From the NCBI GenBank assembly GCA_964461915.1, contig CAYWVD010000002.1, forward strand, positions 1 to 45,788: 45,788 bases of DNA. Direction: 5' to 3'. Below are positions 29,367-38,478 of this stretch, in pieces. Source of the DNA: an uncultured Candidatus Saccharibacteria bacterium (GTDB lineage Bacteria > Patescibacteriota > Dojkabacteria > B142 > OLB20). Position 1 is the stretch's first letter; every line of letters starts with the position of its first letter. Under the pieces are notes generated by a model. The model was not told where the DNA came from. It did no database searches and saw only the letters and a list, made by a program, of their open reading frames with translations. Position numbers and translations under genes: made by a program.

Positions 29367-30568
29367 TCTATTTGATCAATATTATTTATTACATTTGTAG
29401 GCTGAATAGTTGTAGTTGTTAATGTACTTGAATTACCACCAATGTCATTTAAACCACCAAGAATTGAATACATTGGCATAATTATTGAAATAGCAAAAAT
29501 ACTCACAAATACCCAAATTAAGAGCAACAACATTGGCTCAAACAAGACCGAAAGATCTTTTAGAGTAGTTTCATTCTTTTTTTCGTAAATTTCTCCAATT
29601 TTTAAGAAGTTTTCTGCAATCTTGCGGGCTTTTATCCCATTGATTAGTAATTGTTTTGGATACATGGGAATATAATTATCTATTTTTGGATATGAGCTCA
29701 GAATCGTCTCCATTGTGTATCCCTTCTCAATATAATAGGCAATATATTCATAAATCTTTTTGTATTCATACATTTGAGTAGATTCAACCACAAGCCTAAG
29801 ACTTTCAGGCAGTGAAATCCCAGACCGTATCAGGCTATTCATCAAGTATCCAAATCTTGAAAGTTCAAGTTCTTGTAATAATTTGCCTATCCCTGGTAAT
29901 TTAAACATCAACATTTGACCATATCGTTTGGTGTTAACATTGAAAAACAGAATATAAATTATCAAGAAGATAATAAATAGGACTAGAGGGAAGAACCATG
30001 CGGCATTCGAGGCCATAAATTCACCTATCGCAATCAAAACCAAAGTAACTGTAGGTAATTCAATATTTAAACTTTCATAAACTCCAAGGATTTTAGGGAA
30101 AACGAATGTCATCAAAATTACAGCTACAATTAGAAGTAGAGCACCAACAAGTGAGGGGTAAAGGCTGGCAGATCTTAACTTATTATTAAAATCTCTATCC
30201 CTTTCCATCTGTTTGACGATAGTGTCTAAATTTTGAGGTAAAAATCCGCTTAATTCACCAATTTTTATCAAGGATAGGTAATGCCCTCCAACTAGCCTTT
30301 CGTTCTGGGCCATTCTCCAAATTGGGGTACCATTTTCAATTGCAACAATTATTCTATCTAAAAAAACGATCTCGGATTTATCTTTTGCCTGAGATTTCAT
30401 ATCAAAAAGAATAGTCCGGATATCTATCCCCGAAGCAAGCATCGTCGCAAGACTTTCAAAGAAGTATTTTTTAAAACTATCTCCACCTCCAATATTTGAG
30501 GTAAAATACTCTTTTATTTTTTGCCAAAAAGATTGTTTTTTAGATTTTTCTTGCATATACGCTATCAT
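29363..30568 (-). CDS. pilC: type IV pilus/T2SS inner-membrane platform protein (PilC/GspF)
   Basis: F...LATML.SGI, GE.SG.L, YPS, and EP.L repeats; ATGA overlap with the next gene. Confidence 0.9.
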   Translation of the reverse strand: MIAYMQEKSKKQSFWQKIKEYFTSNIGGGDSFKKYFFESLATMLASGIDIRTILFDMKSQAKDKSEIVFLDRIIVAIENGTPIWRMAQNERLVGGHYLSLIKIGELSGFLPQNLDTIVKQMERDRDFNNKLRSASLYPSLVGALLLIVAVILMTFVFPKILGVYESLNIELPTVTLVLIAIGEFMASNAAWFFPLVLFIIFLIIYILFFNVNTKRYGQMLMFKLPGIGKLLQELELSRFGYLMNSLIRSGISLPESLRLVVESTQMYEYKKIYEYIAYYIEKGYTMETILSSYPKIDNYIPMYPKQLLINGIKARKIAENFLKIGEIYEKKNETTLKDLSVLFEPMLLLLIWVFVSIFAISIIMPMYSILGGLNDIGGNSSTLTTTTIQPTNVINNIDQIE

Positions 30569-32276
30569 CTTTGCCTTCTACAGGAGCTACTCTTATTAAT
30601 TCTTCGAGTGAAATATCTCCAGAGAAAACTTTTGTTAAACCATCTTCAAAAAACTTAATAGCCCCTTCTGATTCTGCAGTTTTCCAAATCTCATTGCTTG
30701 AAGCCCTTTCTAGAATTAAATCTTGAATTGCTTCAGTAATGTAAATCATTTCAAAAATACCGATTCTACCCTTATTGCCAGTATAGTTACATTTTGGACA
30801 GCCCTTACCAGCATATAGTCTAGCGGGTGCAGTCTTAAAATATTTTTTATAAGTAGTTGGCATTAATTTTTTAAGTTCCGCTTCAGAATATTCGCGACTG
30901 TATTTACAAGATTGGCATACCTTTCTAACTAATCTTTGCGCTACGATTAGATTCAGTGTCGAAGCTAAAAGAAAGGGCTCTATTCCCATATCTAAAAGCC
31001 TCGGAATAGCCGTGGAGGCATTATTTGCGTGAAAAGTGGATAAAAGCAAATGACCAGTTAAAGCAGCATTAACCGCAATCTCAGCCGTTTCTTTGTCTCT
31101 AATTTCACCCACTAAAATTATATTAGGGTCTTGCCTTACAATTGATCTTAAACCTCTTGCAAATGTTATTTCGTTTTCGGGATTTACCTGAATCTGATTC
31201 ACTCCAACTATCCTATATTCCACTGGATCTTCAATAGTTGTAATGTTTACATCTGACTTGTTTAATAGTTTGAGTAAAGAATATAAAGTAGTTGTTTTGC
31301 CTGATCCGGTAGGACCAGTGGTTAAAATCATTCCATAAGTTTTTTTACTAGCCTTATCAACCAATTGAAAATTTTCATCATTCATACCAAGATCAGCTAA
31401 AGCAAGGTTCTTAATATAATCAGAAAGAACCCTGATCTCTACTTTTTGCCCTTCCATAATTGGCACAATTGAGATTCTCAAATCAAGTGGGACATCATCA
31501 AGGGCGTATCTTATTGCTCCATCCTGAGTTCTATAATGCTCATCTAAGCGAATATTGGCAAGCACTTTAACACGATTAATTAGATTTTCATAATATTCAT
31601 GACTGATACGAGCCATTTCGTGCAACACACCATCAATTCTAAATCTGACCAAAACACCCTCAATATTAGGTTCCATGTGAATATCCGAAGCTCCTTCTTC
31701 GACAGCCTCTCTAACAATTTCATCAAAATATATTGCGGCAAAATTTGGATCTTCTGAATTTAGAATTTTCTCAAGGCGTTTTTCCAAGCCCCCTTTGTAG
31801 GTTTTCAAGCCATCATCGATGTCTTCCTTAAGTGAAAAATAGACTTTAATTTTTGCTCCTGCGAATTTATTTGAAAGATATTTTTTAACTTCATCGATTT
31901 CTTTAAAATTATCAGTTGTAGCTTCAATTGCTCCCTTCTCATGTTTGACAATAATAAAGCGTAAATGTTTAGCTTCCGAAGGATCAACCATGTCATAATT
32001 TTCTCTTGGAACCGCTATTGAGTTTAAATCAAAATAAGTAAGGGAATAATATTCAGCAATAGCTTGCCCAAGAATATCTTTTGTAATTTTCTTTTCCTGA
32101 AGTAAATATCCAACAACATCATCTCTTGAGGCTACAGACTGGGCTTTTGCGAGATCTTCAGCGGATAAATAATTTAATTTTACTAAGATTTCTTCGGGTT
32201 TAAATACTTTAATAGATTTAACTGATTCGCTTTTTGTTAAAGCTTCATCTTTTTTGGGGGGCAGTTTGTTTTCCAT
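30540..32276 (-). CDS. pilB: type IV pilus assembly ATPase (PilB/GspE)
   Basis: ASDIH.EP, RFRIDG, GPTGSGKTTTLY, TIEDPVEY, RQDPNIILVGEIRD, TGHL..ST.H and CxxC...CxxC. Confidence 0.93.
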   Translation of the reverse strand: MENKLPPKKDEALTKSESVKSIKVFKPEEILVKLNYLSAEDLAKAQSVASRDDVVGYLLQEKKITKDILGQAIAEYYSLTYFDLNSIAVPRENYDMVDPSEAKHLRFIIVKHEKGAIEATTDNFKEIDEVKKYLSNKFAGAKIKVYFSLKEDIDDGLKTYKGGLEKRLEKILNSEDPNFAAIYFDEIVREAVEEGASDIHMEPNIEGVLVRFRIDGVLHEMARISHEYYENLINRVKVLANIRLDEHYRTQDGAIRYALDDVPLDLRISIVPIMEGQKVEIRVLSDYIKNLALADLGMNDENFQLVDKASKKTYGMILTTGPTGSGKTTTLYSLLKLLNKSDVNITTIEDPVEYRIVGVNQIQVNPENEITFARGLRSIVRQDPNIILVGEIRDKETAEIAVNAALTGHLLLSTFHANNASTAIPRLLDMGIEPFLLASTLNLIVAQRLVRKVCQSCKYSREYSEAELKKLMPTTYKKYFKTAPARLYAGKGCPKCNYTGNKGRIGIFEMIYITEAIQDLILERASSNEIWKTAESEGAIKFFEDGLTKVFSGDISLEELIRVAPVEGKDDSVYARKI

Positions 32277-32277
32277 T

Positions 32278-32673
32278 TTATTTTAGAATTTTGTTAATGT
32301 AATCGGGTATCCTTGCTAATGGGACATTAGATTTAATTAAAAACTCAATAGCGCCAAGTGACCTTGCATGATCAATATCTTCGGCTTGCCCGAGGTTTGA
32401 TAACACAATAATCGGGATTTTATTCCCTTTTTCTTGAAGTTTTTGCATCATAGCAAATCCGTCCATCACCGGTAGAATTAAATCTGTTAATATTAGATCA
32501 AAGGATTCTTTAGCTAGTAAATCTAAAGCAACCGAACCATTTGGAGCCCAAGAGACAACAAATTTTTCAGAAGTTAATTTTAATTTCAAAGCATTTGCCA
32601 GAGCCTCTTCATCCTCAACTACTAATATTTTTTTGGATCCCGACAAAACGCCCGGATTATTTTCTTCGTTCAT
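32278..32673 (-). CDS. single-domain response regulator (receiver only)
   Basis: ILVVEDE, LILTDL..P.MDG, VLSN, IKS; ATG at 32673 (MNEENN) is preferred over the TTG at 32724. Confidence 0.9.
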   Translation of the reverse strand: MNEENNPGVLSGSKKILVVEDEEALANALKLKLTSEKFVVSWAPNGSVALDLLAKESFDLILTDLILPVMDGFAMMQKLQEKGNKIPIIVLSNLGQAEDIDHARSLGAIEFLIKSNVPLARIPDYINKILK

Positions 32674-32781
32674 ATATACATTATTATGCAAAATATATTT
32701 AAATGATAGTAAAAATAAAGCCAAAATACAATTTCATTCTCTTTAATTATTTTGTAAACTAATTTTATAGTAGAAAAAATC

Positions 32782-34032
32782 ATGTCCATCAAAAAAAAGG
32801 CTATTCTATTTTTCGTAGTAATTTTCTCCTCATTAATAATAGTTACCACATTGATACTCGATCTAGTTGTAGAAACAAAATTTACAGAAATGGAAGTCGA
32901 CAACGAAAAAGATATCATTACCCAAATATCCAAAACTCTTCGATTCAATTTGGTTGAGATGAGGCCCTTACTAGATGACTGGACAGTATGGGATGATATG
33001 TATCATTACGCTGACTATCCTACCCAATCTTTCGAAGATGCCAACCTCGGAGAAGATACACTCAGGAATTTGGATATCGAGGCAATGTATATATTAAATG
33101 CTGAAAATGACATTGTTTACCAAGGGAGTATTAATTCGAGTGCCATTTATTCGGAATCTCAAGATCCCGAAACTGCTGATCTACTCAGACAAATTATCCC
33201 AATTTTAAAATTTGAAAACCCCAAAGAATACCTTTTAGAAATTATCGCAAATAATGAATCAGTATACTTTGTGGGAGCCCACACTATTTTAACCGCAAAG
33301 GGCGAAGGGCCAAGTCACGGTACCTTTATTATTTTTAGGAAATTTGATACAGAAAAACCAAAATCAAATGTATATTTAGAATCTATTAATACGCCTATCA
33401 ATTTTTACAATTTGTCAAAAGACTCGATTAAAAAAGATTTTTCAACAATAATTGAAGATGTTGAGGACCAAGATATCCTAATAAAAGAAATTAGTGAGAA
33501 CGAATTGAAATCCTATACAATCATTAAAGACATCTTTAAACAACCCTTAATACTTATAGAATCCACCAACACTCGCGAGATTTTTAAAGAGGGGCAAAAT
33601 TTAATGGCAATAAATGCCCTTATCATGACTGTAATATCGATATTCTTTGCTATTTATACCTTTATCGTCTTTAGAAACGAAATTCTTAATAATTTTGCTA
33701 AATTATCAAACTTTATTAAAGAACACACACAAAATCCCGGATCAAGAAGCAGATTAAGAATTGAATCCAATACTGAAATGTTAGAAATTAGTAACTCTTT
33801 TAATGATTTACTCGATAAATTGGAGACGCAGGGTGAAAGAATTTCGAAACAGGGTGAAGAACTAGAAACAAAAACTGAAGAAGTTTTAGCAAGTAAAAAC
33901 GATTTAATTAAGACTAATCAAGAATTACAAGAACTCAATAAGTTCATGGTAGGCCGCGAGATGAAGATGATAGAACTTAAAAAAGAAGTGGAAGCTTTAA
34001 GAGAAAAACTTAAAAGTGTTCCACTTCCTTAA
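32782..34032 (+). CDS. CHASE4-type membrane sensor with HAMP-like linker and coiled-coil tail, no output domain
   Basis: TM, DWTVWDDMY, second TM, E..EIS..FN.LL, and terminal NKFMVGREMKMIELKKE. Confidence 0.75.
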   Translation: MSIKKKAILFFVVIFSSLIIVTTLILDLVVETKFTEMEVDNEKDIITQISKTLRFNLVEMRPLLDDWTVWDDMYHYADYPTQSFEDANLGEDTLRNLDIEAMYILNAENDIVYQGSINSSAIYSESQDPETADLLRQIIPILKFENPKEYLLEIIANNESVYFVGAHTILTAKGEGPSHGTFIIFRKFDTEKPKSNVYLESINTPINFYNLSKDSIKKDFSTIIEDVEDQDILIKEISENELKSYTIIKDIFKQPLILIESTNTREIFKEGQNLMAINALIMTVISIFFAIYTFIVFRNEILNNFAKLSNFIKEHTQNPGSRSRLRIESNTEMLEISNSFNDLLDKLETQGERISKQGEELETKTEEVLASKNDLIKTNQELQELNKFMVGREMKMIELKKEVEALREKLKSVPLP

Positions 34033-34063
34033 ACTTACTATTACCACACCCAGAGTAAAAACC

Positions 34064-34825
34064 TTATTTACCTTTTTCCGGATAGAATTGTTTTAGTAAA
34101 GCTCCAATTAATAAGAAGCATGCCACAACTATTGCTGCAGTTGTAATTATAAATTCATTTGAGAATTTAACTCCAATTCCAGTAACTGCCCAAACGATAA
34201 CTGCCGCATAAGCAAAATCGCCATTCTTTTTTATACCAATCAATCCTAAGATCCCGGCGATTAACATCATAATCGCTGCCCAGAGCTGAGGTTGCATACC
34301 AAAACCATTGAATTGTAAAAGGTAAAGTATGTCAGTTGCATTGGCAACAGTAGCAACTGTGATCCAGCCGATATAAATACTGAAAGGCAATTTAATCAAT
34401 AGATCAAAAAATCTAGGTTTGTCAGATTCTTTAATTTTCTGAAGTTTTACTACGATGAAAATTAGTGAAACTAATAAAGCTAACATTAAGGGCAATGTCC
34501 AAGCAAAATATTCATAATGCCACATAAATAGCCAAATCGAGTTGAATACGCCTGTTAATATGACTGCAGGAGCAATTTCTTTAACTATCTTATATTGAGC
34601 AGGCTTAAGTACAAATTGATAAATTGTAAAACCAATCAATCCTAAATAGATTAGGGACCAAATACTAAAAACATAATTTGCGGGAACAAAATAAACTTGA
34701 AACTGATCCGAAATCGAAGCAGTAGATTTGCCATTCAAAGGCAAAAGTACAGCCAGCATGTTCACTACGATCGTAATGAGAACACCTGCAGCTATACCCC
34801 ATTTGTATTTGAGATTATCTTTCAT
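34064..34825 (-). CDS. TspO/MBR-like tryptophan-rich membrane protein
   Basis: FVPANYVFSIWSLIY, LNSIWLF.W, PFSIY.GWITVAT. Confidence 0.8.
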   Translation of the reverse strand: MKDNLKYKWGIAAGVLITIVVNMLAVLLPLNGKSTASISDQFQVYFVPANYVFSIWSLIYLGLIGFTIYQFVLKPAQYKIVKEIAPAVILTGVFNSIWLFMWHYEYFAWTLPLMLALLVSLIFIVVKLQKIKESDKPRFFDLLIKLPFSIYIGWITVATVANATDILYLLQFNGFGMQPQLWAAIMMLIAGILGLIGIKKNGDFAYAAVIVWAVTGIGVKFSNEFIITTAAIVVACFLLIGALLKQFYPEKGK

Positions 34826-34864
34826 AAAAAAATATTAAAATATAATAATAAATACTATGGTAAA

Positions 34865-36013
34865 TTAATTAACTTTGCACTTGAATTCGTCACTATTCTC
34901 CGTCGTTTTATCTTTATAATGCGTATGCATTAATTCGTGAGCCCTTTCGCCACCAACATTCCCAAGAAATTTATCATATAATTCTTTAACGAATTTATTT
35001 TGATGTGCAGCCTTAAACTTATGCTCTTGATCATATTCAAAAATGGCTCTTCGTCTTTGTAATAAAGTATTTTTGTCATCAGTCCACTGACCCACACCAC
35101 CAATACATCCTAAGGGACAATTCATTACTTCGATAAAATGATATTTGCACTTGCCGGTTTTTTTAATTTCTTCTAAGATTGGCTTGACTTCTTGAAGCGA
35201 ATTAAAGGTACAAATATTTAATTTTATATCGTGAAAATCAACTATTCCCTCTTTAACCAACCCTGTATTTCTAACATCATAGAGATTAAAATCTTTCATA
35301 TCTTCACCAGTGTAGTAGTAATGGGCAGTTCTAAGAGCCGCCTCCATTACACCTCCCGTAGTCCCAAAGATTGCTCCCGCGCCAGAAGATAGACCTAATG
35401 GGTTATCAAAATCGGACTTATCCACGATTTTAAAATCTACTTTTAATTTATTAAAAACTTCAACCATTTCCTTAGTAGTCAAAACCATATCAATATTTGG
35501 CTCATCCTCATATACCCAAAGCTCTTTCTTTTTTGCCTCTTCCTTTTTCATGGCACATGGGGCCAATACAAAATGTTTAAATTTATCTTTATTTAATTTG
35601 ATGCTATCTCGGAAATATGTTTTCACTACACTTGCCAGTATTGCTTGTGGAGATTTTACGGTGGAAAGATAAGGTATTATTTCGGGATACATTTTTTCAA
35701 TAAACATATACCAGCTTGGACAACATGTAGTAAACATCGGCAAAAGCTTATGCTTTCGTATCCTCTCTACTAATTCAAAAGCTTCCTCAATTACAGTCAA
35801 ATCAGCCCCAAAATTTGTATCAAAAACATAATCTATTCCAATTGACCTTAAAGCACCAATTAATTGCCCCACTAAGTTTTGACCTGGAGGATATCCAAGA
35901 TACTCTCCAATCGCAACTCTAACAGCAGGGGCTATCTGTATTGAAAATTTTTTATCTCCTTTATTTTGTAATTGTTCGATAAAAGAATCTACAGCGTTTA
36001 ATTGAGTACTCAT
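34865..36013 (-). CDS. hydA: minimal monomeric [FeFe]-hydrogenase (H-cluster domain plus small-subunit-like tail, no F-clusters)
   Basis: APAVR, DTNFGADLT..EE, P1 FTTCCPSW, P2 APCAMKKEE, GAIFGTTGGV, P3 EVMNCPLGCIGGVGQ, and AHELMHTHY. Confidence 0.9.
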   Translation of the reverse strand: MSTQLNAVDSFIEQLQNKGDKKFSIQIAPAVRVAIGEYLGYPPGQNLVGQLIGALRSIGIDYVFDTNFGADLTVIEEAFELVERIRKHKLLPMFTTCCPSWYMFIEKMYPEIIPYLSTVKSPQAILASVVKTYFRDSIKLNKDKFKHFVLAPCAMKKEEAKKKELWVYEDEPNIDMVLTTKEMVEVFNKLKVDFKIVDKSDFDNPLGLSSGAGAIFGTTGGVMEAALRTAHYYYTGEDMKDFNLYDVRNTGLVKEGIVDFHDIKLNICTFNSLQEVKPILEEIKKTGKCKYHFIEVMNCPLGCIGGVGQWTDDKNTLLQRRRAIFEYDQEHKFKAAHQNKFVKELYDKFLGNVGGERAHELMHTHYKDKTTENSDEFKCKVN

Positions 36014-36077
36014 ATTATTGAAAAATTTATGTTAACATTTATTTATTATATTTAATTTTTGGTAAGTTTAATAGGAA

Positions 36078-36617
36078 ATGAATACTTTAGGTAAAGTTCT
36101 TATTCAAGCCAACGAAAAATTGTCTATTCTTAAAAACTCTAAGGTTAAACATTTCCTACTCTCTTTAACGCTTTTTTTTATTCCTGTATTACTGCCAGAT
36201 GCACAAATAGTCACAGGTACAATAATAAACTTTTGTTTAATATATATTGCATTTAATTACAAAGGGTTTAAAACAATCCCGGCGATAATGATTCCATCAA
36301 TAGCCAACCTTATAAAAGGCACGATGTTTGGTGGATTCACTCCATTTTTATTAATAGTTATCCCCGCAATTTGGATCGGAAATTTTACAATAATTTTTTC
36401 ATTAAAAAGTTTTTCTGCAAAAAAAATGCCAATAATGTTAAATCTATTACTGTCGTCCATCTTGAAAGCTTTAGTGATTTTTGGTATTGCTTATATTACA
36501 AATCAAATTATTGAATTGCCAAAAGCGATATTAAATTCAATGGGATTAATGCAATTTGTTACTGCTTGTATCGCAAGTTCCTTTTATTATTTAACAACTA
36601 AAATAAAATGGCAGTAA
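36078..36617 (+). CDS. ECF-transporter S-component-like membrane protein
   Basis: About 5-6 TMs; Q.VTG..IN..L, .PS..., PF....IP.I..GN pattern recalled from S-component-like proteins. Confidence 0.5.
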   Translation: MNTLGKVLIQANEKLSILKNSKVKHFLLSLTLFFIPVLLPDAQIVTGTIINFCLIYIAFNYKGFKTIPAIMIPSIANLIKGTMFGGFTPFLLIVIPAIWIGNFTIIFSLKSFSAKKMPIMLNLLLSSILKALVIFGIAYITNQIIELPKAILNSMGLMQFVTACIASSFYYLTTKIKWQ

Positions 36618-37495
36618 GCCCTTTCCGACAAACCGATCCTAATGCAAATCAAAGTGGAAGTGAGAATATCCCCCGACAACAACCTGAAGCCGAAGAAAAA
36701 ATAAAAGAAACTGAAGTTGTAAATTATACTTTTCACCCCTCAGGCAAAGAAGTCCAAAAAGGTAAATTAGTATATACCAACAAAGAAAAAGGTCCACCTT
36801 GGTATACCCAAATCCCAAAAATCCTTGTAAAAATAATTACATTCCCATTTGTATTAATTCAAAAGATTCTCGAGATCATAATTAAAACCCTTAACCTTGC
36901 TCAATCCGGCTGTATGACAGCTGCATTTATAATAATGCTCTTATTTTTGGTCTTGATCATTACTGTTTTGTACAAACCAGCCTTCTTATGGAATCCAATA
37001 AAAACATTTTTAAACAATGACATGACAGTTGCTACAGTAGAAAATATTTCTGTCGATGAGGTTTACGCAAAAATCAATACTATAGGGACCAGTAATAAAT
37101 CCGTCCCTTTAAGTAATTCCGAGTTGACCTCTCTAATCAGAGACTTTTCATTGTTAGACGAAAACCTAAGAGCTGTTTCTGATGACAATGGGATGACTTT
37201 TTATATGAATATCGATACAAAAGAACGACCTCTTTGGTTTAGGATTTCAACAGAAAAATCTTCAAACAAATTAGCAATTAAAAAGATCGGCTTTGGAAGA
37301 ATCGATACTCCAAATGAATTCGCTGGCTTTTTAAATGATACAGTAGGGATTATCTTCGGATTTGTGGAACAACAGGTTACTTCGGAAAATTACATTACCT
37401 TTTTCGAAAGTATATTAAATAAATCTAAACTCAATGATGATTTAGATTTAAAACAAGTGGAAATGCGTAAAGATGAGGTGATATTATATTTCTAA
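36608..37495 (+). CDS. hypothetical membrane protein
   Basis: Polar N-terminus, hydrophobic segments at about aa 70-125, soluble C-terminal domain. Confidence 0.7.
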   Translation: MAVSPFRQTDPNANQSGSENIPRQQPEAEEKIKETEVVNYTFHPSGKEVQKGKLVYTNKEKGPPWYTQIPKILVKIITFPFVLIQKILEIIIKTLNLAQSGCMTAAFIIMLLFLVLIITVLYKPAFLWNPIKTFLNNDMTVATVENISVDEVYAKINTIGTSNKSVPLSNSELTSLIRDFSLLDENLRAVSDDNGMTFYMNIDTKERPLWFRISTEKSSNKLAIKKIGFGRIDTPNEFAGFLNDTVGIIFGFVEQQVTSENYITFFESILNKSKLNDDLDLKQVEMRKDEVILYF

Positions 37496-37502
37496 TCCCT
37501 AA

Positions 37503-38462
37503 ATGATCGAACTATATTTTGGTAATAATAACTACGAAAGTTTAAAAGCTTTGGATAAATACACGGCAAAATCTTATATTATTATCGATGGTGAAACTTT
37601 AGATTCTGTTGATACGATCTTAAATTCACTTGATAACTTTTCCCTTTTTAATGAAAGCCAAACCATTATAGTGAAAAGGTTTTGGAAGAACTCTAAAAAA
37701 GTCACCCTGCATAAAAATCTATTAAATTGGCTTTACAAGCAAGATATTTCAAAAATAAATTTAATTTTTTGGGAAGACTCAGAAATTGCAAATAAAAAGC
37801 GAAAAGCAGCTACAAAAGCGAAAAAAGCAAAGACCACATCTTTATCAAAATTCATTGAAGAAAATGGAAAAATCAATAAATTCGATGAATTGTCATGGGA
37901 TTCTTTATTAAAATGGACAAAATCCCTTACCGAAGAATTAAAAATTAAAGCCTCGAATGATATTTTAAAATCCATCCTTGAAAGACTCGGGAACAATCAA
38001 TTTATAATTGAAAGTGAATTCAAAAAAGTCTCAATATATTTAAAATCAATTGTTAAAAACGAATTAACTCACGATGAACTTGACCAATTCACATTTTATG
38101 AACCCGATCACACAGTTTGGGACTTAACTTCTGCAATTGGTCAAAAAAACAAAATCAAAGCTATCGAACTCAGTGACCAATTGCTTAAAAACCCTTACGA
38201 CTTCCCAATTGTTTTTGGCGCGACATTGAAAAACTTAACTCAATTGTTTTTTATCAAGAAATTTCCTTACGAATCTTCAAAGCTTGCAAAGAATTTGTCC
38301 ATTGGGCCATATAACTCATATGCAATAAAAAAGATCGCCGAGAAATTTACAGAATCGTACCTTCTTACCTCAATAAATAAATTAATTAACTTAGACTATT
38401 TTGTAAAAAATGGTTTAATAGATGTAAGGTTAGGTTTCACTCTTTTTATTACTTTGCTTTAA
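37503..38462 (+). CDS. holA: DNA polymerase III delta subunit
   Basis: LYFG, SLF, E..K, VW.L..AI, LD...K.G pattern; 319 aa. Confidence 0.8.
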   Translation: MIELYFGNNNYESLKALDKYTAKSYIIIDGETLDSVDTILNSLDNFSLFNESQTIIVKRFWKNSKKVTLHKNLLNWLYKQDISKINLIFWEDSEIANKKRKAATKAKKAKTTSLSKFIEENGKINKFDELSWDSLLKWTKSLTEELKIKASNDILKSILERLGNNQFIIESEFKKVSIYLKSIVKNELTHDELDQFTFYEPDHTVWDLTSAIGQKNKIKAIELSDQLLKNPYDFPIVFGATLKNLTQLFFIKKFPYESSKLAKNLSIGPYNSYAIKKIAEKFTESYLLTSINKLINLDYFVKNGLIDVRLGFTLFITLL

Positions 38463-38478
38463 ATTCTAATATAATTTT

